Shown: in pieces, positions 6,464-10,826 of the stretch
How the letters are laid out: each line of letters starts with the position of its first letter
How positions within the stretch are numbered: position 1 is the stretch's first letter
IMG/VR virus record: IMGVR_UViG_3300012983_002979
From: a virus
Lineage: Duplodnaviria; Heunggongvirae; Uroviricota; Caudoviricetes
Strand: one strand, 5' to 3'
DNA length: 10,826 nucleotides
Position numbers and translations under genes: made by a program
Notes under the pieces: generated by a model
Told to the model about the DNA's origin: nothing
What the model saw: only the letters and a program-made list of their open reading frames with translations
Database searches by the model: none

Positions 6464-6661
6464 ATGGCTACAACCCTTACCCCCTCACACCCTGAATTTG
6501 TCTTTGTGTTTGCGGCTGTCCGTCGCGCAGACCGTCATCCCCGTATCTGCATGCTTCGCACCGTCGCCGGTGATGAACGCAGCGCCCGCCGTTCCCTTGT
6601 CCGTGACTATGTGCTCTCCCTTGCTGCCCGTCTGCCGGTGGTGGAGGTGTCCCGTGCGTAA
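6464..6661 (+). CDS. Small protein (65 aa) in the eta-like position; SD overlapped by the seqC-like element
   Basis: ATG at 6464 preceded by AAGGAG (6450-6455). It is in frame with the 196-aa track ORF, whose upstream part spans the cI region and is unlikely to be coding. Stop overlaps the next gene's start region. Confidence 0.45.
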   Translation: MATTLTPSHPEFVFVFAAVRRADRHPRICMLRTVAGDERSARRSLVRDYVLSLAARLPVVEVSRA

Positions 6662-6941
6662 TAAAAAAGCCCCTCAGACCGTCTCAGCGCGTCATGACGC
6701 CCGTGAACACCTCAGCATTGAGGCTTACCATAAGCTCAACCGCGCCAGCGCCGTATCCCAGTTTGTTGGGGGTGATTTGATTCACCGTGAACTCTCCGGC
6801 CTGCATCAGCTCTACATTCCGCATATTTTCAGCTACCTGAATGAAGATATTGATTTTGTGCTGAATGAGCTGAAAGCCAAAGGCCTGTGCCGCGATTTTC
6901 TCGCCCAGCAGAAAGACCGGGGAGACAGGACGCATGTTTGA
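6654..6941 (+). CDS. eps: Epsilon-like protein (helper-prophage derepression), 95 aa from the GTG at 6654
   Basis: Frame of track ORF 6498..6941. GTG at 6654 with GGAGG 6 nt upstream gives 95 aa, the length I recall for P4 epsilon; upstream in-frame ATGs lie inside the preceding small gene. Stop overlaps the orf151 start (ATGTTTGA). Start choice is uncertain. Confidence 0.5.
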   Translation: MRNKKAPQTVSARHDAREHLSIEAYHKLNRASAVSQFVGGDLIHRELSGLHQLYIPHIFSYLNEDIDFVLNELKAKGLCRDFLAQQKDRGDRTHV

Positions 6942-7389
6942 TTTTCCCCAGCCCGGTGAGATTTACCGTTCTGCCGGTTTTCCCGATGTGGCCGTGGTCG
7001 GCATTCTGGAAGACGGTATTCCGTGGGAAATGCCGTACCGCTGCCCGGAAATTGTCTGGAACCCGTACCGCCGTAAATTCAGTATCCTTGTGCGTATCCT
7101 TGGTGACGGGCGCACCACAGACATCCCGCTGGGGCGTTTTCTGCGGGAATTTACCTGTGACTGTCCTGACCTGTTCAGACGCAGCCCCGTAAACCGGCAT
7201 GCGGTACTGAAAGAAATGGCCGGAGACCCGGAATTACAGAAATGGCGGGAGAAATATCTGGATATTTACCCGCAGGACACTGTTCCGGTCAGCCGGGCGG
7301 CACCGGTGGCGCGGGAATGGCGGGAAATCCCCCGCACGGAGCCTGACCCGGAAATCACACCGGATAACAGTTACCGCAATTATCTGTAA
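6934..7389 (+). CDS. Conserved P4-family protein, orf151-like (151 aa)
   Basis: 151-aa ORF with GGAGACAGGA upstream, coupled to the preceding gene. Length and position between epsilon and alpha match P4 orf151. Confidence 0.8.
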   Translation: MFDFPQPGEIYRSAGFPDVAVVGILEDGIPWEMPYRCPEIVWNPYRRKFSILVRILGDGRTTDIPLGRFLREFTCDCPDLFRRSPVNRHAVLKEMAGDPELQKWREKYLDIYPQDTVPVSRAAPVAREWREIPRTEPDPEITPDNSYRNYL

Positions 7390-7524
7390 TTAAAAAACGA
7401 CACCCGAAAAATTAAATGTGCGTATTCGCGCAGGGATACGCACGTCTTCAGGAGACGCAGATATGCCTTATCAGTTAATGCAACCGGCACGGAATGCAGT
7501 CATCTGTCACAGGGAGGAAAGCAA

Positions 7525-7845
7525 ATGAAAACACCCTTACCGCCCGTCTTACGCGCAGCCCTTTACCGTCGCGCTGTCGCCTGTGCCTGGCTGACCGTGT
7601 GCGAACGTCAGCACCGCTACCCGCATCTCACCCTTGAATCACTGGAGGCGGCCATCGCCGCTGAGCTGGAAGGCTTTTATCTGCGCCAGCACGGTGAGGA
7701 AAAAGGGCGTCAGATAGCCTGTGCCCTGCTGGAAGATTTAATGGAATCCGGCCCCCTGAAGGCCGCGCCGTCGCTGTCCTTTCTCGGGCTGGTTGTGATG
7801 GATGAACTCTGTGCCCGTCACATAAAAGCGCCGGTACTGCACTGA
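7525..7845 (+). CDS. Conserved P4-family hypothetical protein, orf106-like (106 aa)
   Basis: 106-aa ORF with GGGAGG upstream, immediately before alpha. Confidence 0.75.
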
Positions 7846-7859
7846 AGGAGAACAACACC

Positions 7860-10193
7860 ATGAAAATGAACGTAACCGCCACCGTCAGCCATGCGCTCGG
7901 CCACTGGCCGCGTATTCTCCCGGCGCTGGGGATTCAGGTGCTGAAAAACCGTCATCAGCCCTGTCCGGTCTGTGGCGGGAGTGACCGCTTCCGTTTTGAT
8001 GACAGGGAGGGGCGCGGCACCTGGTACTGCAATCAGTGTGGTGCCGGTGACGGCCTGAAACTGGTTGAAAAGGTGTTTGGTGTTTCCCCGTCCGACGCGG
8101 CCGCAAAGGTGGCTGCCGTGACCGGCAGCCTGCCACCGGCTGACCCGGCAGTGACGACCGCCGCCGTTGCTGAAACAGACGCTGCCCGGAAGAGCGCCGC
8201 CGCACTGGCACAAACCCTGATGGCGAAAACCCGTCCCGGAACCGGTAACGCCTACCTGACCCGCAAGGGCTTTCCCGGCCGGGAATGCCGGATGCTGACC
8301 GGCACACTCAGAGCCGGTGGCGTGAGCTGGCGTGCCGGTGACCTTGTGGTGCCACTGTATGACGACAGCGGCGAACTGGTTAACCTTCAGTTAATCAGTG
8401 CTGACGGCCGTAAGCGCACCCTGAAAGGCGGACAGGTCAGGGGCACCTGTCACACCCTTGAAGGACAGAATCAGGCCGGAAAACGTCTGTGGATAGCGGA
8501 GGGATACGCGACCGCACTTACCGTACATCACCTGACCGGTGAAACGGTGATGGTGGCGCTTTCTTCCGTGAACCTCCTTTCTCTGGCCAGCCTTGCCCGG
8601 CAGAAGCATCCGGCCTGTCAGATTGTCCTTGCCGCAGACCGTGACCTCAGCGGTGACGGCCAGAAAAAAGCCGCCGCAGCCGCAGATGCGTGTGAAGGTG
8701 TTGTTGCCCTGCCGCCGGTCTTCGGTGACTGGAATGATGCCTTCACGCAGTACGGCGGGGAGGTCACCCGTAAGGCCATTTACGATGCCATCCGGCCACC
8801 GGCTGAAAGCCCGTTCGACACCATGAGCGAAGCAGAGTTTTCCGCCATGAGTACCAGCGAAAAGGCCATGCGTATCTATGAGCATTACGGCGAGGCGCTC
8901 GCGGTCGATGCCAACGGCCAGCTTCTGTCCCGCTATGAAAATGGTGTCTGGAAGGTGCTGCCGCCACAGGACTTTGCCCGGGATGTGGCCGGGCTGTTTC
9001 AGCGTCTGCGCGCGCCGTTCTCCTCCGGGAAGGTGGCCTCCGTGGTGGACACCCTGAAGCTGATTATTCCGCAGCAGGAAGCCCCCTCCCGCCGCCTGAT
9101 TGGCTTTCGTAACGGTGTGCTCGACACGCAGAACGGCACGTTCCACCCGCACAGTCCGTCACACTGGATGCGCACCCTGTGCGATGTGGATTTCACCCCG
9201 CCGGTGGACGGTGAAACGCTGGAAACCCACGCCCCCGCGTTCTGGCGCTGGCTTGACCGTGCCGCCGGTGGCCGTGCGGAAAAACGCGACGTGATTCTGG
9301 CCGCACTGTTTATGGTGCTGGCAAACCGCTACGACTGGCAGCTCTTTCTGGAGGTGACCGGTCCCGGCGGCAGCGGCAAAAGTATCATGGCCGAAATAGC
9401 CACCCTGCTGGCCGGGGAGGATAACGCCACGTCGGCCACCATCGAGACGCTGGAATCCCCGCGTGAACGTGCCGCGTTAACTGGCTTCTCACTGATACGC
9501 CTGCCGGACCAGGAAAAATGGAGCGGCGACGGTGCCGGACTCAAGGCCATCACCGGCGGCGATGCGGTGTCCGTGGACCCGAAATACCGGGATGCGTACT
9601 CCACGCATATCCCGGCGGTGATTCTGGCCGTGAACAATAACCCGATGCGCTTCACCGACCGCAGCGGCGGCGTGTCACGCCGGCGGGTGATTATTCACTT
9701 CCCGGAACAGATAGCCCCGCAGGAGCGCGACCCGCAGCTTAAGGACAAAATCACCCGCGAGCTGGCGGTCATCGTGCGTCACCTGATGCAGAAATTCAGC
9801 GACCCGATGCTCGCCCGGTCACTGCTTCAGTCCCAGCAGAACTCAGACGAGGCACTGAACATCAAACGGGATGCCGACCCGACGTTTGATTTTATCGGCT
9901 ATCTGGAAACCCTGCCGCAGACCAGCGGCATGTATATGGGGAACGCCAGTATCATCCCGCGTAATTACCGTAAATACCTCTATCACGCCTATCTGGCCTA
10001 CATGGAGGCAAACGGCTACCGGAATGTACTCAGTCTGAAAATGTTCGGGCTGGGGCTGCCGGTGATGCTGAAGGAATACGGACTGAATTACGAGAAGCGC
10101 CATACCAAACAGGGGATACAGACCAACCTGACGCTGAAAGAGGAAAGCTACGGCGACTGGCTGCCAAAATGTGACGACCCTGCAACAACCTGA
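7860..10193 (+). CDS. alpha: Alpha: bifunctional primase-helicase replication protein (777 aa)
   Basis: N-terminal zinc-binding primase motif (CPVCGGSDRFRFDD...WYCNQCG), TOPRIM-like region (LWIAEGYATALT...LAADRD), Walker A (VTGPGGSGKS) in a D5-like helicase domain. 777 aa as in P4 alpha. Confidence 0.95.
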   Translation: MKMNVTATVSHALGHWPRILPALGIQVLKNRHQPCPVCGGSDRFRFDDREGRGTWYCNQCGAGDGLKLVEKVFGVSPSDAAAKVAAVTGSLPPADPAVTTAAVAETDAARKSAAALAQTLMAKTRPGTGNAYLTRKGFPGRECRMLTGTLRAGGVSWRAGDLVVPLYDDSGELVNLQLISADGRKRTLKGGQVRGTCHTLEGQNQAGKRLWIAEGYATALTVHHLTGETVMVALSSVNLLSLASLARQKHPACQIVLAADRDLSGDGQKKAAAAADACEGVVALPPVFGDWNDAFTQYGGEVTRKAIYDAIRPPAESPFDTMSEAEFSAMSTSEKAMRIYEHYGEALAVDANGQLLSRYENGVWKVLPPQDFARDVAGLFQRLRAPFSSGKVASVVDTLKLIIPQQEAPSRRLIGFRNGVLDTQNGTFHPHSPSHWMRTLCDVDFTPPVDGETLETHAPAFWRWLDRAAGGRAEKRDVILAALFMVLANRYDWQLFLEVTGPGGSGKSIMAEIATLLAGEDNATSATIETLESPRERAALTGFSLIRLPDQEKWSGDGAGLKAITGGDAVSVDPKYRDAYSTHIPAVILAVNNNPMRFTDRSGGVSRRRVIIHFPEQIAPQERDPQLKDKITRELAVIVRHLMQKFSDPMLARSLLQSQQNSDEALNIKRDADPTFDFIGYLETLPQTSGMYMGNASIIPRNYRKYLYHAYLAYMEANGYRNVLSLKMFGLGLPVMLKEYGLNYEKRHTKQGIQTNLTLKEESYGDWLPKCDDPATT

Positions 10194-10209
10194 CCATCAT
10201 GACTCATCT

Positions 10210-10234
10210 GACCGGCATCTGCCGGTCTTTTTTT
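10210..10234 (+). terminator. Rho-independent terminator after alpha
   Basis: GACCGGCA-tc-TGCCGGTC followed by TTTTTTT, 17 nt after the alpha stop. Confidence 0.6.
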
Positions 10235-10252
10235 ATCCCTGAATTCCCCGAA

Positions 10253-10554
10253 GGTGAACAATCCACTGTTCACCCTTCACCGTATATTCACCCGTTATCA
10301 CACTGAAATTAAAAGAGAAAAACGAAAGGTGAACAGTGTGAACAATCAAATCAAAAAAAACTTTTTTCTCCCTGTGTGATTTTCAGTACGGGGGATTAAT
10401 CACCGGTATGAGTCACACCGGCAGAATGCCGGAGGTGAAGAATCGAATGTTCACCCTTCACCCATTATTCACCACCTATCCAACTGAAATAAAAGGAGAA
10501 AACAGAAAGGTGAACAGTGTGAACAGTTCTTTCGAAAAAAAATTTTTTTCCTGT
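10253..10554. repeat. crr-like cis replication region: two ~120-bp direct repeats (10253-10375 and 10433-10554) separated by ~57 bp, each with TGTTCACC/GGTGAACA iterons
   Basis: The two units align along their length (GGTGAACAATCCACTGTTCACCCTTCACC...GAAAGGTGAACAGTGTGAACA...CCTGT versus GGTGAAGAATCGAATGTTCACCCTTCACC...GAAAGGTGAACAGTGTGAACA...CCTGT). P4 crr is two 120-bp direct repeats ~60 bp apart carrying the alpha-binding octamer. Confidence 0.6.
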
Positions 10555-10612
10555 ACGATATAGCATCAATCCAAGTAAAAATGCGTTTTCATTTCACATT
10601 AACTTACAGCCA

Positions 10613-10634
10613 TTGGTATACGATTAGGTATACG
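10613..10634. promoter_or_regulatory. Third copy of the 22-bp TTGGTATACGnTTAGGTATACG motif; candidate integrase arm site near the right end
   Basis: TTGGTATACGATTAGGTATACG differs by 1 nt from the 233-254 copy. Confidence 0.35.
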
Positions 10635-10687
10635 CACAAAAAATGAATTAAACAAAATCATTAAAAATCAAAGCAATACAATATTTA

Positions 10688-10707
10688 TTCAAACTCCGCC
10701 AGCCCAC
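10688..10707 (+). other. Degenerate copy of the ssrA 3' end; putative attR or junction with a neighbouring element
   Basis: TTCAAACTCCGCCAGCCCAC versus ssrA TTCAACTCCCGCCAGCTCCAC (99-119). Followed at 10741-10774 by a terminator-like hairpin resembling the one at 154-189. Confidence 0.35.
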
Positions 10708-10740
10708 TTTTTAGTTGTTTGAAGTTCAATGAAGTCTACT

Positions 10741-10774
10741 AAGCCCACACAGCACAAGCTCTGCGGGCTTTTTT
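10741..10774 (+). terminator. Terminator-like hairpin plus T-run, paralogous to the ssrA terminator
   Basis: AAGCCC...GGGCTT then TTTTTT; similar in sequence and layout to 154-189. Confidence 0.35.
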
Positions 10775-10826
10775 ACGTCTATTGTCGTCCAGTGAGAATT
10801 GCTGAGAACTACGAGTTATGGCACCC

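Larger units (their letters stand above)
98..10707. mobile_element. P4-like phage satellite prophage integrated at ssrA (int, cargo, cos, psu-delta-sid, ori, vis, CI-RNA immunity region, eps, orf151, orf106, alpha, crr)
   Basis: Complete, syntenic P4-type gene set with matching protein lengths, cos site, iteron-bearing ori and crr, integrase next to the tmRNA 3' end, and att-like repeats at both ends. Confidence 0.8.

Noticed and set aside
6498-6653. N-terminal part of the 147-aa ORF
   Set aside because: Overlaps the 65-aa gene in another frame; the GTG at 6654 with GGAGG gives a 95-aa product matching the expected epsilon length. The start remains uncertain.
6684-7200. Minus ORFs (83, 123 aa) and a plus ORF (101 aa)
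   Set aside because: Overlap the epsilon-like and orf151-like genes antisense or out of frame.
7628-10103. Multiple ORFs (65-253 aa) on both strands within or overlapping orf106 and alpha
   Set aside because: All are embedded in the strongly supported alpha or orf106 frames in GC-rich DNA; products are Arg/Pro/Gly-rich and lack RBSs.
5425-10554. Possible CRISPR array, given the repeated short motifs
   Set aside because: The repeats are 8-bp iterons in both orientations with irregular spacing, plus two long ~120-bp units, and there is no repeat-spacer periodicity; this is replication-origin architecture.

Overview
The window opens with the last 120 nt of the tmRNA gene ssrA (1-120) and then holds what looks like a complete ~10.6 kb P4-like phage satellite prophage integrated at ssrA. 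Reading left to right: tmRNA 3' end and terminator; a palindromic pair of 22-bp motifs upstream of a P4-type tyrosine integrase (304-1497); a strongly AT-rich two-gene cargo operon on the minus strand (1530-3088) sitting between int and a P2/P4-type cos site (3195-3213); the late operon psu-delta-sid (minus strand, 3378-5255) with two TGT-N12-ACA dyads upstream of sid; a cluster of TGTTCACC iterons (ori-like, 5425-5528); a Vis/AlpA-type HTH gene (5808-6074); a CI-RNA-type immunity region (6167-6455) with two small coupled ORFs; epsilon-like, orf151-like and orf106-like genes; the 777-aa alpha primase-helicase (7860-10193); a crr-like pair of ~120-bp direct repeats (10253-10554); and a right end with a third copy of the 22-bp motif plus a degenerate copy of the ssrA 3' end. 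Gene lengths (Psu 190, Delta 166, Sid 244, Alpha 777, 151, 106, 88 aa) match my recollection of P4; no search was run. The best candidate for an undescribed system is the cargo pair: a 299-aa soluble protein with no motif I recognise, translationally coupled (TAATG) to a ~219-aa protein with four predicted transmembrane helices. It sits in the int-cos position that in P4-like satellites is a known hotspot for anti-phage defence cargo, and I cannot assign it to a named family from sequence alone. Most other six-frame ORFs are antisense or out-of-frame overlaps of the real genes and are rejected.
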